Source: the human T2T-CHM13v2.0 reference genome, Homo sapiens. Taken from it: a stretch of DNA of 64,000 bases. Below, piece by piece: positions 13,008 to 26,710 of this stretch. Where the stretch lies: NCBI RefSeq assembly GCF_009914755.1, contig NC_060927.1. One strand, given 5' to 3'. A model generated the notes under the pieces. That model saw nothing but the letters and a program-made list of their open reading frames with translations. It was not told the DNA's origin and did no database searches. The position numbers and the translations under genes are program-made. How positions within the stretch are numbered: position 1 is the stretch's first letter; each line of letters starts with the position of its first letter.

Positions 13008-13678
13008 GTTGGCTTAGGAATACTATGTGCCACCAGCAGCATAGTAGGGACTCATCTCACAACCGGGGTTTCAGAGACCTCTGTTCCTAGAAGATTGCAA
13101 CAGCATTTTCCTGAGCTATAGCCCCGGTTATTACAGCATTTCCTGATCTTGCCTAACAGGATTACTTCCCTAGGCTGTAAAAATTCCCACACATTCGACA
13201 CACAAAGAGAATAAGAGGCATAGCGACCGTGGATAGAAACAGAAAAAAAGTTTTGCGACAGGATAACTGGGGATCTTTTACCAACACCTGGGCAGGCTGC
13301 TGGAGGCTGAGTCCGGTCCAGAAGCTTTTGAATAACACTAGGAAATGCCCTGGCCAGAAATTCTCAGTTGCTTCAGAACTTTTCCCCGCCTTATGCAATG
13401 GCTAATTTTCCCCATGAACAGAAAAGCTGGTTTGAAGCACGGCCAACATTCCCAATGACCCAGGATATTGGAGGGAGGGGGGTCTTCATGTTCTCCCCAG
13501 CAAGGCTGACATGCGAGTCTTTAAGAATGGCAGCCACACTAAGCATATCTAGATGGTTGACAGATGCTGTTATTGATTTGATTTGATTTTAAAATGGAAG
13601 CCAAGAGCCTCGGAATGAAAGGACAGGTTTTGAGTTTGCTCTTCTGCTCACCAACCCCAATGGATATTGTACCTTGGT

Positions 13679-13696
13679 TTCCCAGCCAACGCACCA
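13679..13696 (-). other. Primer-binding site for tRNA-Gly(TCC)
   Basis: Minus strand TGGTGCGTTGGCTGGGAA is 17/18 complementary to the tRNA-Gly 3' end TTCCCGGCCAACGCACCA; the mismatch is a CpG transition. It lies 4 nt from the 5' LTR end. Confidence 0.88.
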
Positions 13697-13700
13697 AAAA

Positions 13701-14282
13701 TGATATGGGTCTGTTGTCTGGAGAAACACCCAAGGTCCTTGTTCTCGCACGGAGAAAATTAGCGACACGGATACACGTGGAGTGGTTTAAGGAGTGGAAT
13801 GTTTAATAGGCAAGAAAGAAGAAAACAGCTCCCTCATACAGAGGGAGGAGGGCTCCAAATGGAAAACCCCACATGTAGCAGAAAGCAGTCGGTTATATTG
13901 GGAGGCTGGACGACGTGGTGTTTGGTTTGCATAGGAGCCAGGGGATTGGTTTGACCAGGTGTGTCATTCACATAGCCTGCAAAAAAGCCAGCTCTCCCAC
14001 CCTAGCCTTTAAATATGCACATATGGCTACCTGGCTGGTCACCATGATGTTCTGCATACGTGGCAACAAAGAAAAAGTCACGGGAACCACCATATTGGTT
14101 GGACCTGGCTTCTAGCCACCAGCATTTGCATATCAATGCTTGCAGGTCTGGTTTTTCAGGCCACTTTCTGTTAGAAAAGAAATGTTTTGGGGCTTGCTTT
14201 TTTATTAAAAGAAAAAGCCTTACCAAGGACTCTTTTCCCCTCTCTTGCTGCCTAAAATAATTTCTTAATAACTCCTGTAATA
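13701..14282 (-). repeat. 5' LTR of the provirus
   Basis: Homologous to 4369-4958 and adjacent to the PBS. Keeps an ATTAAA polyA-like signal on the minus strand (plus tttaat at ~13802). Confidence 0.93.
14124..14138 (-). promoter_or_regulatory. SOX-OCT composite motif in the 5' LTR
   Basis: Minus strand CATTGATATGCAAAT, identical to the 3' LTR copy. Confidence 0.6.
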
Positions 14283-14650
14283 CTAGTGATTCTTCAATCA
14301 GGAATACAACTTTTCTATAATTTGTGATTTCAAACGTGTCAAGATGGCAGTGACATCATTTTTTCCCATGTGCTTTCTGCTTCTTCGCTTAGAAAATCAG
14401 TGGCAGATTTCTCCCAGTAAAGAAGACATATTATTTTAATGTTGCCAAATATTTTATAAATTATTCCCTGACTTATGCTCAAACAGTGACTATAGTTGAA
14501 ACATCATCCTGCAATGAAGCTCAAAGTATACCAGTCTTACCTATGCGTTCAGAGCTTCAAACAGTTTTTAAAATCTCCGTCTTTAAACGTGAGAAGATAA
14601 GCAAGAATTAACAGTTGAAGAAGGCTTCTTTTGTGAAAGAAAAGTACTGG

Positions 14651-14676
14651 GAAAACAAAACAAAACAAAACAAAAA
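14651..14676 (+). repeat. (AAAAC)n microsatellite
   Basis: gaaaacaaaacaaaacaaaacaaaaac. Confidence 0.8.
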
Positions 14677-14785
14677 CTGGAGGAGAGAGATAATATAAAA
14701 AAGAAAATGTTTAAAGCTTATCGTTGTCTTAAAAGAAGTTTCATTAATTAAACAAAAAGAGCTTTCTGATTTTAAAATTACTGTA

Positions 14786-15095
14786 GGCCAGGCATAGCAG
14801 TTCGCACCTGTAATCCCAGCAATTTGGGAGGCCTAGGCAGGTGAATTACTTAAGCTCAGGAGTTCAAGACCAACCTGGGCAATATGGCAAAACCCCATCT
14901 CTACAAAAAATACAAAAATTAGCCAAGTATGGTGGCACATGTCTGTGGTCTCAGCCACTCAGGAGGCTGAGGTGGGAGGATGGCTTGAGCCTGGCAGACA
15001 GAGGTTGCAGTGAGCCTAGATCACATCACTGCACTCCAGCCCAGGGACAGAGCGAAACCCTGTCTCAATAAATAAATAAACAAACAAACAAATAA
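14786..15095 (+). mobile_element. AluJ, full length, with (TAAA)/(CAAA) tail
   Basis: Alu dimer with AluJ-type ggaggatggcttgagcc. TSD-like taaaattact on both sides. Confidence 0.92.
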
Positions 15096-16340
15096 AATTA
15101 CTATGGAGCTATAGAAATCAAAATAGTGTGGTACTGACATAAAGATAGGCCTATAAATAAGGTAATGGAACTGAGAGTCCAGAAGTAAAGCCTTCTAATT
15201 GTGTCAACTTTTTCTTCAAAAAATTTGCCAGGCCAATTCAATGAGAAAGGACAGTCTTTTCCACAACTAATTTTAGGACTATTGAATATCCAACATGCAG
15301 AAAGGATAAATTTAGGCCTTTATCTCAAACTATGCACACAAATTGACTCAATATGGATCAAAGATCTAAATGTAAGAGCTAAAACTGTAAAACTTTTAGA
15401 AGAAAATGCAGGAGAAAATCTTTTTGACCTTGGCTAGTCAATAATTTCTTAAATATAACATTGAGACCACAATCCATTAAAATAAATAAACTATAGTCAA
15501 ATTGGTCATCAAAATTAGAATCTTGGGTACTTCTAAAGAAATAGCTGACAGAATGAAAAGATAATCCACAGACTGGAAGAAAATATTTGCAATATGTTTC
15601 TGATAAGGCATTTACATCCAGAATATGTAAAGAACCAAATAGATGACAACAAGCTCAATAAAAACTTAAACAAAAAAATTAAATAGACAATTTACAAAAA
15701 AGAATAAAAAGACTCATCAGCACATGTAAAGACATTCAACATCATTAATTATTAGGTAAGTACCCTTTAAAACTATAGTAAGATACCAGTTCATTCGCAT
15801 TTGAATAACTATAAACATAAAAGACAGACAAAAATAACAAAAGTTGGTAGGGAAATGGAGAAACTTCATATATTGCTGATGGAAATGTAAAATGATACAG
15901 GCAGTCAGAAAATAGTTTGGCAGCTTCTTAAAAACTTAAACATGAACTTACTATGTGACCTAATAGTTTCTCTCCTAAATACCTACCCAAGAGAAGTGAA
16001 AGTTATTTCCACAGAAAGACTTACATCTCAAAGTTCATAGAAGCATTCACAGGAGCCTAAATATAGAAACCATTCAAATGTTCATTAACTTATAAATGAA
16101 TAAACAAAAATTGGTATATCCATTGAGTGAAATATTAGTCAACAATAAAAAAATGAACATATGTCATAATATGGATAAAATTATAAAAGCATTATACTGA
16201 GCAAAAGAAGCCAGATCAAATGATCACATATTATTAGATCCCACTTATATGAAATTTTCAGAAAAGAAAAATCTGTAGAGACAGAAAATAGGTTTGTGAT
16301 TAACTAGCTCTTGGGGTGGGAATGGAGAATCATCAAAAGT
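15096..16340 (+). mobile_element. Old L1 (L1MB/L1MC-like), ORF2 C-terminus and 3' UTR
   Basis: ORF2 remnant WIKDLNVRAKTVKLLEEN, followed by L1 3' UTR motifs (aaaagaagccaga, gtagagacagaaaataggtt). Confidence 0.85.
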
Positions 16341-16399
16341 AGTTGCTTCTGTGATGAGAATGATAGAGCTTAACCACTGAATGTTTTCTAAAGCTTTGA

Positions 16400-17060
16400 A
16401 ATTCTATTTCTTTCAAATTGATATGCATGTATTATTTTGACAAAAAGTATGTAAACATAGATATCCGTTTTAAAAAGTAGAGTATGGAAATTGAAGGAAT
16501 AACTTCACAGTGGAGAATTGTGGCAAACACAAACTTGGTTTGATGGTGAAGGTTAACATCATCAATGGTCAGTCATGTTGATAGCTTGCACCTGGATCTA
16601 CTGTGTTGACAACACTTTGCTCATGTATTCTTCCTCTGCAAAACCCATTACCCTAGTCTACCCTTGAGGAAAAGATCAGCCAATCCCAATTGAAGAACAG
16701 TCTACAAAATACTTGATCAGTAATCCTCAAAATGGTTAAATTAAAAAAAAAAATCAGGAAAGTCTGAGAAATTGTCACAGACCAGAGTAGGCTAAGGATA
16801 CGTGATGACTAAATGCAATATGGTATCCAGCATGGGATTCTGGAATCTTAGAGGAAAATAGTGATAAGTTGAATAAGTTGTTCAGTGTCATTACTAGTAA
16901 TGTGTCAATATTGGTTTCTTTGTTTTGATAAACGTACCATGATAATCTAAGATATTAACATAGAGGAGACAGGATGAGGGGTATAAAGGAATTCTCAGTA
17001 TTATTTTTGTAATTTTTCTGTATATTTAATACTATTATAAAATTAAAAAGCTTATAGAAA
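16400..17060 (+). mobile_element. L1MC/L1MD-type 3' UTR fragment
   Basis: Contains ttcacagtggagaa...gaaagtctgagaaattgtcacagaccagag...atgactaaatgcaatatggtatcc and an A-rich end. Confidence 0.75.
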
Positions 17061-17291
17061 AGAAAATGTATGTCTACAATGATGCTCACCTAATGTTGAA
17101 GATAGTTGTTTCTTGTGCCGTAGGAAATTGGCATCTTATGCTTGTTTTTCTTTTTAAAATTCTCTTTATTACATACATTCTTTATAATAATAATGTATTT
17201 TTTAAAATCATAGCATGATTTTTCTTATAAACAAAACTCAACAGCTATGATGCCCGGGTTTCTGGCTTGGAATACTAAATGGATGGTGATT

Positions 17292-17720
17292 ATATTAGCT
17301 AGCTATTACTGCCCTGGCACTACATAACAAACCACTCAAAACTCAATGGCTTACATTGGGTATTGGTTTTCTGTAGTTTAATGAGTTGGCTCTGAATGGG
17401 TAGGCTGAGCACCAGGCAGTGGGTTAGGTTCAAGTAAATACACATTCACCTTAGACCAGTATCTACCTACTACTTTTTCTCATAGCAATTGGTAAGACCA
17501 CAGACGATGAGAAGAAACACATGATACCACTCAATCTGGCCCCTAACAGGCCACTTTTCACTTTACCAACATTCCAGTGGCTGCAGTAAATCACATGGTC
17601 AAGCTCAACATTTAGCAGGTGGGAAAATATACCTTCTTCAGTGGGTAGCACTGCAAAGTTGCATATCAAAAGACATGGATGCATAATTATAATACAAAAA
17701 GTCCATTGATGATTAAATGC
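17292..17720 (-). mobile_element. Old MaLR LTR (MLT1G-J-like)
   Basis: Contains tacataacaaaccactcaaaactcaatggctta...cattccagtggctgcagtaaatcacatggtcaagctcaaca. Confidence 0.6.
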
Positions 17721-19103
17721 AATGATTTAATCTACCTTAGCAGTATAATCAACTAAGAGGAGAGCAACATTTCCTATCTACATTTTCATACAAAATAGGG
17801 AAAGCAATCAGTTCTGCTCCTCATGGGATGAAGGGTAGGAACCTGAGTTTTCAGCACTCCCGAAAGCATTAGCCCACTTCCAGAGCAGCTTCACCCCATC
17901 CTTTCCTTTGGGCGTGATGATGAGCATTCAGAATCTCCCACCCCTCCCCTTATAACAGAGCCTAATGAACAACAGACACAATACTGATACTGCTCCAGCA
18001 TGGATCTTCCCATTAAAAAGTATCTTTGATTTTCAAATAACTGTAGCTCTCTCTCCAAAGTCCCTTATAATTTTTTTCCCTTCTTTTTCCAAACATAACT
18101 TTCTTTTTTCACTTTTCCAAAAGTGTTTGACTAGGATTTTCATCTCATGATAATAATTAAAATCTCTAAGTGATTATAGACTAATAAAAATCCATCTCAC
18201 TTACTTCTGAACCATTCCACTGTAAGAAAACTACTATTGAACATCTCTAAGTCTTTATTTCCTGTTCCATAAAATGGAACAATTAACACATGTCTTCCTT
18301 CCGCAAATGATTATTTTGAGAATGGATCAGTTAATTCACCTGTAAACACTTTAAAATCTCTAAATTGTTCTATAGTAGAACATGTTAATATTTAATTAAA
18401 AATTATGCCAGTCTGTATATTCTGAGACTATTTACAAAAATTTGATGACCTGACCCCAATATTAAAGGGAGGTAGTTTTCTTTTTTTTCTCTTGTCAAAC
18501 GTATTGAACTCCAGAATTCTGTCTCATCAATCTTGCCTATTTCTGACAGCTAGTGCCATTGGAAGACATCCTATAAGAACAAATTTTTAGGTTTTGCCCA
18601 AAGAAAGTAGGTGATATCATTCCTAAGCTAAATTATTCAGCTTCTGGTTAGTTGCTGTAGAAATTAATGTATAACAGTATATTGCTAATTATTGAATGTG
18701 TTATTGCTTCACACCTAATTTTATGTTTTTATTTATTAATAGGCTTTTCTCATTTTAAGTAAAGGAATGTCTTTCACATCCATTATTCATTATTCATTAA
18801 CTGCTAGTTAAAACAAAGGTAAGATGTGATAGGAATGAAATTTTCTAAATAATAATAGTGTCGGGGAAACATTCCATTAATACCAGTGCATTAAACCTTC
18901 TCGAAACTCCACAATTTGGATATTTGTTACAATCTAGATATGTGGCTATACTATGGATTTTTTTTACATACAAAATTATGGCTTTAATTAAATGAAAGAA
19001 GTTGCTACTCATGCTGTGTTTATGGATTTTTCAGATCAGAATGAAACAAAAATAAGTTTTAGTGCTAATAAAATGTATTTTTAAAATACATTTATTTCAT
19101 CCA

Positions 19104-19686
19104 TGAGGGTGAAGGCCCTTGGACCTGTAAAGGCTGACTGAAAAATCACTGACACAAAGCAGATTGATTAATAGGAGAAAAGACTACAAATTTATTTAAC
19201 CTGTATGCACAGCAGCCTTCAGAATGAAGACTCAGCTTCCCAATGAGATGCGGAAGCTTAGATACCACGTTGAGGTTACGGAAAGAATAGGGGCTCAGAT
19301 CCTGGCAAACAGGTTAGAGGAATGGGAGAAGATGAATTATATTGAGGGGCAGTAAATGATTACCAGGGAGAAAAATTGCATCAGGGAACAGAAACTAACT
19401 TGTAAATAGTTACTTATAGTATTTAAATGATCCTTGGAAACAGTCATTTTCTTGAAAAAGAGTCTGTACAGGTGTGGTTATACCCTGGGTCCTCTTTTCT
19501 GCAACAGATAATGAGATAACAGGGTGGGGAACAGGACCAGTTGTTCTTGGTGAGTCAGTCCTATCTTTATGTAGATAGGGGAAAAGTCTCTTAAAACACT
19601 TGTTGATCTCTAATAATTTTTAATTTAAAACTTTCATTGTACCAGGGAGCCATAATTTGGTGTGAAATATTTTTATTTCCTTCACA
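19104..19686 (-). mobile_element. ERV1 (MER4-group / MER34-MER39-like) solo LTR
   Basis: Minus-strand start tgtgaaggaaataaaaatatttcacaccaaa, AATAAA-type signal near the 3' end, TG...CA termini. Subfamily is uncertain. Confidence 0.65.
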
Positions 19687-20298
19687 TAATTTACATATTG
19701 GTAACCGTAATAAGAAGGTGTTAGTATTTTTCAAGGCCCAGATTATGATGAATGCTTCTTGAGTTTTTTAAAAAAACACTCCAAAACAGTGAAAAAAATA
19801 TTAATGGCAAATAGAACATCAAACAATGTACATCGTACTAAATAGAACGTGTGCCATTTACAAGAACAGTGCAGATGAAGGGTAAGAATATTTGATACTT
19901 TCACACAAAATAAAAAAGACAAAAAAGATTTTCTTAAAGAGTATTAATTTTCAGTTGTTGAAATCTTAAAAATAACAACCTCCATTAACCAAAGCACAGC
20001 AATTGAAGACATTATCAGAGATATAAGCCAAGGCAGAACAAAAGGCCTGAAAGGAGGAGGCAAAGCCCAGTGAGACCATGGAGACCTCAGATGAAGACAG
20101 GCTTTTCACAACTCTTGCCTGTGTTACAATAGGCTGCTGACATTACCCCTCAAAATATTACCACTAAGCTATTACTGGAATCTATCTACATATTTCCATT
20201 TCCCTTCCAGTTGCTCACTTCACAAAAATGTGTCTAAGAGGAGATTTAACTGCAATACGGCTAGAGAGGTTGAGGACTAAGTCTTCCTGCATAAATTC

Positions 20299-20883
20299 TA
20301 TTAAACGGCTGCCAGGTTTGTATGTCTGCTGCATAGCAGCAGGCCAATTCACTGACAGTGGGGATGCAGCAGAGAAAGAGTTTAATAACTGCAAGGTGCC
20401 AAACAAGGAAATGGGAAGAATTCTCTCAAGTGCTCAAATCCGTTTCATTGAGGGGTCCTGAGCAAAGGCTTTTAAGGGGATTTGTGGAGGGTGAGAGGCT
20501 GGAAAATTTGGGGTCATCAATTCGTCAGGGTTAAGGGGGATGAAACTATCAGGATATGGTAACTGCATTCCTCCATGAGTCAGCTTCTTACTAGGCCTTC
20601 CAAACCAGCTGGCATCCATTAATATGCAGAACCTAAAGAAGAAGCTCAAACAGAATGCCTGTCATTTCACTATGTCTTTGATTTTATGTCTAGAACTGAA
20701 AAAGAACAAAGAGTCTTGTGACAAGGGATACGTTTTCCTGGGCTAGCTAGTAAGTGGCAACCAGCTACAAGGAAGTGAGCTAAAGGGCAAGCTGGCTTAG
20801 CGATTGCTGCTGGAAGCCTAATAGGATGTTATTTTATATTTTTTCTTAATTGATTTTATAAAATTTTGTTGGGGATGATTTCA
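20299..20883 (-). mobile_element. ERV1 solo LTR (LOR1/LTR26-like)
   Basis: Minus-strand start tgaaatcatcccc...ttttataaaatcaattaag. The 3' part has gcagcagagaaagagtttaat, typical of this LTR group. Confidence 0.65.
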
Positions 20884-22358
20884 ATGCTAGCTCTTCCAAC
20901 CAAGTTCTGTGACCTTATACCAGTTATGGGACACCTCTGTGCTTCACTCTCTACAAGTAAATGGCAGTACTCAGTGGGTGATTGCAAGGATTAAAAGATA
21001 GAATATATTACAGCAATTAGTAAAGGGCCAATATATGACACTAAATATTTTAGTTTGAATATTTGACTTCTTTGAGCATCATTATCTTCAAATAATTCAA
21101 ATTCTAGTGTCTTATGGGCACACTGGTTATATGTATGTTTCAACACTGTCTGCATGTTTTGGATTAACATAGACAGGATTTTATAAGTACAGATTTTCAC
21201 TTTTAGATATGAGTGACTTGGTTTCTAAATTACTTGCATTCAATGAGTAATTGCCACATCTTTTATTTTTGGTTTAGTCAGCACAGTCTCTTTAACATAA
21301 CAATTTATTCTCCACTTTGGCTTTTTACAACATGGTAGAACAGTCTGTTCTCCATGGGAGCTGTAAATAATAACACTAAAACACAAAATCTTGCATGCTA
21401 TGATAAAACCGCTGTTTTGGCCAAAATTATTGACATTCTGTAACCCATCTATGAAGGCATTTAATTGAAAGGCATATTTGAAATGTGGGAATTAATATTG
21501 TCTAACAAGAACAGATAGTGCTGGTGATTCTGTTCTTTTGGGTTTAGATGAGTCAAAAGATCTCAGTCAATTCCTAGTTTGGCAGGTAGAGCTGGGACCA
21601 TTAAATACTGAAGTATCTTTGAGTATTCATATGTTATATATTGATCTAGCTCTATGGGCTATCCCTCAGAAGTAATTGGGATTACTGTCTAGATTTCAAA
21701 ATTGCAACCTGATTTGATTTATGCTATACAATCCATTTAATCCCCACTTGTATGTGTGCACTGTAATTTCCACCTGGGTATACTCAATCTGCCAACCTGG
21801 AGTTTGTAGCAGACAAATAATTCATTTAACAGCTGTTAAATAGAGGAATCCACAGGTAGCTCTTATTCAAATGTTAATTACTCTCAGTGCCTTGCTCATA
21901 AACCCATACCAAGTCAGGTAATTTAAGTTCCATTGCAGAGAGATGCAAAGTAAGATAGGTTACAGGCATCCTAGTGAAAAGGAGGATGGACTTAGTCCTA
22001 GAACTGAATGTGCCTAGGACCAAAAACCAATACCAGCATGGATATGAAATAGTGATGGATATTTGTAGGACAGTTGTTGTTTCCCACATGGTAAGAGTTT
22101 GCAAAAGGCCTAATGGTGAGAAAGTCATTGCAAATTCAGACTGTGAAAAGAGGCTGGAAGGAGTCAACTGTAAAATTTCCAAACTATGAGACAGTGCTGA
22201 GCCAGGACAGAGGTAGTCTGTTGTCAGTTGTTTGAAATACACTAAGTAAAGGAAGAGTGCATTTGGAACCAAGCAGATGATTTTACTGAAGCCAGACAAT
22301 TTGAATGTTGTGTAGATGATCATTTTGTGCATGGTGATTCAGCAATGTGTTTGGGAGG

Positions 22359-22794
22359 TGTCAAAAGATAAAATCACAGCAAATTTAGCATAAAGATCTT
22401 CTTACTTGGCTTTTATTCACAATTCTAGAATCAGGCAACATCTCATTCTATAAAGTAGAATGAGTGTTCCAATAAGCCCAGCAGAGGAGGTTGGCTTTGT
22501 AGACAGAAAAAGGCTGAGGAAGGCAGAAACAGAACAAAAAGCAGATTGGTAATTTCAAAGTTACTTTCCTTGCAAAGGTTTCAGCAGAGGGGACTTCTTT
22601 ATCACGTCAGCTAAAACGTGTCTGTGGGGATGTGGCTATTCTCTCTCCTGACTTCTTGGGAAGTCTGATAACAACTTAGTTTTGGCATGTTGGTGTGGAA
22701 CTTCAGCATGAGTGACTCCATTTTGGTTTGATTTGTTGGACATAGTGCAGGAGCTCCGTCCAGACCAAGGGCTTCCTGTAAGTTTTATTTGACA
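22359..22794 (-). mobile_element. ERV1 solo LTR (LTR23/LTR56/MER65-like)
   Basis: TGTCAAA...TTTGACA termini. Minus strand has gagctcctgcacta...aaaccaaaatggagtcactcatgctgaagttcc. Confidence 0.7.
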
Positions 22795-25700
22795 AGGGGT
22801 TACTGGATTATCTTTTACCAGCAACTGTTCAGAAAAGACAAGTAACCTAAGGGAGAAAAAATCGATAGTATGATTTAGGATGAGTCAGTCTGCTACTCTG
22901 GACCTTAGTTTCTTTCTCTGTAAAATGAGGTGATTAAACTAAATAGGTCTTTGAGGTCCCATCACGCTGTCTGGTATTTGACTATCTCTGGGATTGCTAA
23001 AAAGGCAGGAACAGTGTGCTCTTATTTAGATACACCAAAAATGTCAAGTTCTAACTAAATGCTCATCTGCAAGGATGCCAAATCTTAGCAAACAAACATA
23101 AAATTAGGGTCAAACCAGGTGATCCAGGAGTAGGAAATGAGGGCTTTCTGAGGCTGACCTGCTTAGCCTCAGAACTCTTAATCCCTCTGCCCAATCAGCT
23201 CAACTATTCAAATTTATGTTTTTTTCATTTAATTACGTTGAGTATTGTTGAATATTTACTATGTACCAAATACCCCATAGATGCAAAGGTCTACACAGAC
23301 TAATGATTGGTAATTACAGATTTAATTCCATTTTTTCCATGTAAATATGTAAGATTTCACTTACATTTTTACCTTCGTGTTAGGTTGTAGGTACTTATAG
23401 AAGACAGACAGTGCATATAAACGATTATTTTTATTGTCACTTGACGAATACCCTTTGTTATTGGTGGAGGTGATAAAGAAGAATTTAATTCGAAGAAATT
23501 TTTTGTCTTGTAGGCACTGGAATATGCATTCTGTTTGGTGACAACTAAAGATTTGTCTTTAGAGTAAAATTCAGTTAATCTTTTGGTAGCTATCTTGAAC
23601 CTAGAGACAGAAAATATGTTTGCCAATTTCAAATGATAATTTTCCAGTAATGAATTGATTTTGATGTATTATGTGGGTTTATAAAAATCTTACCATTCAT
23701 CAATTATTGATTATCAAGAAACCTTCAGGCTCTGTTATTTTTTAATGATTACATGCATATGAAAATAGCAAACATATATACATACAGAAAATGTGGGCTT
23801 GCCTCCTTCAAAAAATACATAGATTTTACAAGATCTGTATATACGATATCCATCTCCTTGTTTTCTAAATCTTTTAATATTTTTCTTAACTTGATTCCCC
23901 TCTATTCGTTTGATCTATTATCTACTTTTACTGCATCTCTTTTCATCCAGAGTTGCCATCCTCACCCTTTTATAAGGAATACCCTCCATTTTTGCAACTA
24001 CATCCCCTGGGTATCTTTGTGCTATAAGGCCATAATAAGATGAGATGCCCAAATTTGGAGAAGATGTCAGTCTTAGAAGCTCTGTCATCTATTTTCAAGA
24101 AGCTACAATACTGACACACAGACTACTGATTCTTGCTTGTATCGCCTCAGATGTAACTTTATATCACTAAAATTGTTCCTTAAATACATTAGAATGTCCC
24201 CAGGAGATATTTCATGATCACAAACCAGTCCAAACTCATTTGACATCTCTGATCTTGTAATGGATACCACAGTTCTCACTAAAAATTGCCATGCTCCTTC
24301 CACTAATGTAAATGCCCTGAGTAGTACTACTACTAGTACTATTATCTCCTGCTACCATAAGGAATGCTCTGGAACCCAGGAGATGTCAAAGCAACATGGT
24401 TTTCTATTACAGTGTTTCTCAAAATAACCAGTGCACCAACTCTCAGTTAAGAAGAGTAAAGAGATTCTGCCAGAATGTAAATGAACACTCTTCCTCCTTC
24501 GTCAAGCCTATCTTGTTAGTATTAAAAGAAAAATATTAGCTGAACTAAACAATGTCCTCATTGACATGGTCAAGTTATGTTCTGATTCAAATTCCTTATC
24601 TCATCATGGACCAACTCATATAGACTGACACTGATCCGTGGACCACATTGTGTAGTTCTGCTCTATTGTGTGGTAGGGAAGAAAAATGGCTCTCCCTCTT
24701 CTGATATTCAACACTTTAAAAAGCATCTGAGCAGTAACACTGATGCCTCAGTGCTTGAAGAGTTTTCAGGGAAAGAGCCCATTTATGTTTATTCAAGGGA
24801 GAAGACTCACACTTGAGTCCATTGAGAAGTGGGGCTTGGACAATGTCTAATCCCATGCTTTCTTCACAATTAGCCCACTCCACCAACCACTAAGGCCTCT
24901 TTCTTGGATCAAGTTCATGATGCCAGATACTTTTCTCTTTTGTGATAAGGTCTCTTTTCCTCATTCCTCATGTAAATGGGCCTTTGGCAAGTCTGTCCCT
25001 CCGGATCACCAGATATGTCTTAATCCTGCTTAGACTCAAATTCATATTTAAACTGGGACTCAAGCCAGATGCATTTTTCAATGTCCTTATTCATTAGTTC
25101 ACCATTTATTGAGCAGTATGTGCCAGGAAGAACATGAAGTACAGAGGTGGATAGGGCATAGCATTTACCATAAAGAACCTGGAGAATAGTTGGGGATAAG
25201 AATGTATAAAAATGCATATAATATTACATTAACTCTAACTGTAATAAGACAAGTATAAAAAGATGGTAGGAGGCAGATGTGATATATGATTAAAAGAATA
25301 GAAAAATATTTTATTAAGCTACAGTTGAACAAGCTTTGCAGAATGTTTATGATTTATAATAAGGCAGAAGAGTTAATGCAAAAACAGCATTAAGAGGACT
25401 GATAAACTATTGGATGTTTTCATTTGTGTTATCATTTTATTTGTACCCACTCTGTGCCATGTGGAACTTGACCTCATTGTTGATAATTTCTCATGCTCTG
25501 GTCTTTACTGACTACATAAAATAAAAACAACCAGTGGATCCAGGACAATGCTGTATCCACTACTTTTTTCCAGTCATAATCTTAGCTTACGCCATATAAA
25601 CATCAAAAAAAAAAAAACCCATGATTTATTTCTGGTGTTTTATCAGACTAGTGCTTTGAAGATGTGAATAAAAGGACAATGATAGATCTAAATGGTTTGA

Positions 25701-26710
25701 AAGTTAATTTTATAGCAGCTATATTTGTGCAAGATGGTGATTATTATCTTGAAAGGCCTTACTATTATTTAAAAGCATTTCTCTTTAAGTCAGAGAAAAC
25801 TTTTATACTATCAGTAATTTTCCTGCATTCTCTCCATACTAAACTTAATTGCTTCCTGTGCTCCCTGTTAGATTGATTTGGATCTCATTAATGCACTGTC
25901 TAAAAGCTTTAGTTTATAAAAATGAATAATTTGATGAAGAATTACAATTAAGACTTGTTTCTTTAATAGCAATGTTAGTCAATTTAATGCAAATCAGTAT
26001 GGTATATTTGGTTCCATTTTGAGACTACTGCTTCCTATTATATTCCATTTCAGCTAAATTTCTTGTTGATCCTTAAGAAATAAACATGAGTAATAGCTCA
26101 CAAAGAAACTACCTCCCATTTCTTGTAGTATTGTAACATCTCAAAATGTTTACATGAATAGACAGAGGAAAAGCAACTCTTCTCACTTTACATAATAAAA
26201 AGATAACGGCTTCCTAGTGGGTGGCTGAGAGATTTCATGTCTTGAATACCAGGGAATATTTTGGGGAATATTTTGTTCTAGGCTTGTCTCTTAAAATAAT
26301 TCTATTCTCCTTAATGAAAGTAAACAAATAAATATCCTTCATGGTCGGCACAAGGAAGGAAAATTAGTGTAGGAAGCACCTGGACTGCATGACTTTGCTC
26401 TGTCCCCAAGGTTCCCTTTTCCCTTGGGGTCTCATTAATTGCCACTACAGTCATCCTCAGGGAGGAGGATACTTCCCCTTAACAGTGCCCTACACATCCT
26501 GCTCCACCTGCCCTGCTGAGGCTGTCTGGAACACTTAAATAAGTGTTGGAGAATAACAAAAGGAAAAACAATGTGAAGAATATTGACTATACATAATGTG
26601 ACTTGTAAGGCATCACTTACTATCTCTGTTCCCAGGCCACACGTGTGCTTGTATGACCTCAATAAAAAGTGGAGGGTCTTATCTAAATTCCTCTCTTCCT
26701 AGTAGAATGA

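Larger units (their letters stand above)
4369..14282 (-). mobile_element. Full-length decayed class I ERV provirus (LTR9/LTR9B-like LTRs, HUERS-P3b-like internal region; HERV-W/ERV9 supergroup)
   Basis: Two homologous ~585-bp LTRs, PBS, PPT, and gag, pro, RT, RNase H, IN and env remnants in order on the minus strand. 4-bp flanks GTAG/CTAG form a degenerate TSD. Family name is from recalled similarity to the LTR9 consensus. Confidence 0.93.

Noticed and set aside
21824-21841. 18-bp perfect palindrome ATTTAACAGCTGTTAAAT containing an E-box
   Set aside because: Roughly one such palindrome is expected by chance in 64 kb of AT-rich DNA.
21874-22332. 152-aa minus-strand ORF in non-obvious repeat DNA
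   Set aside because: No recognisable domain, the composition looks like random AT-rich sequence, and there is no splice or promoter support.
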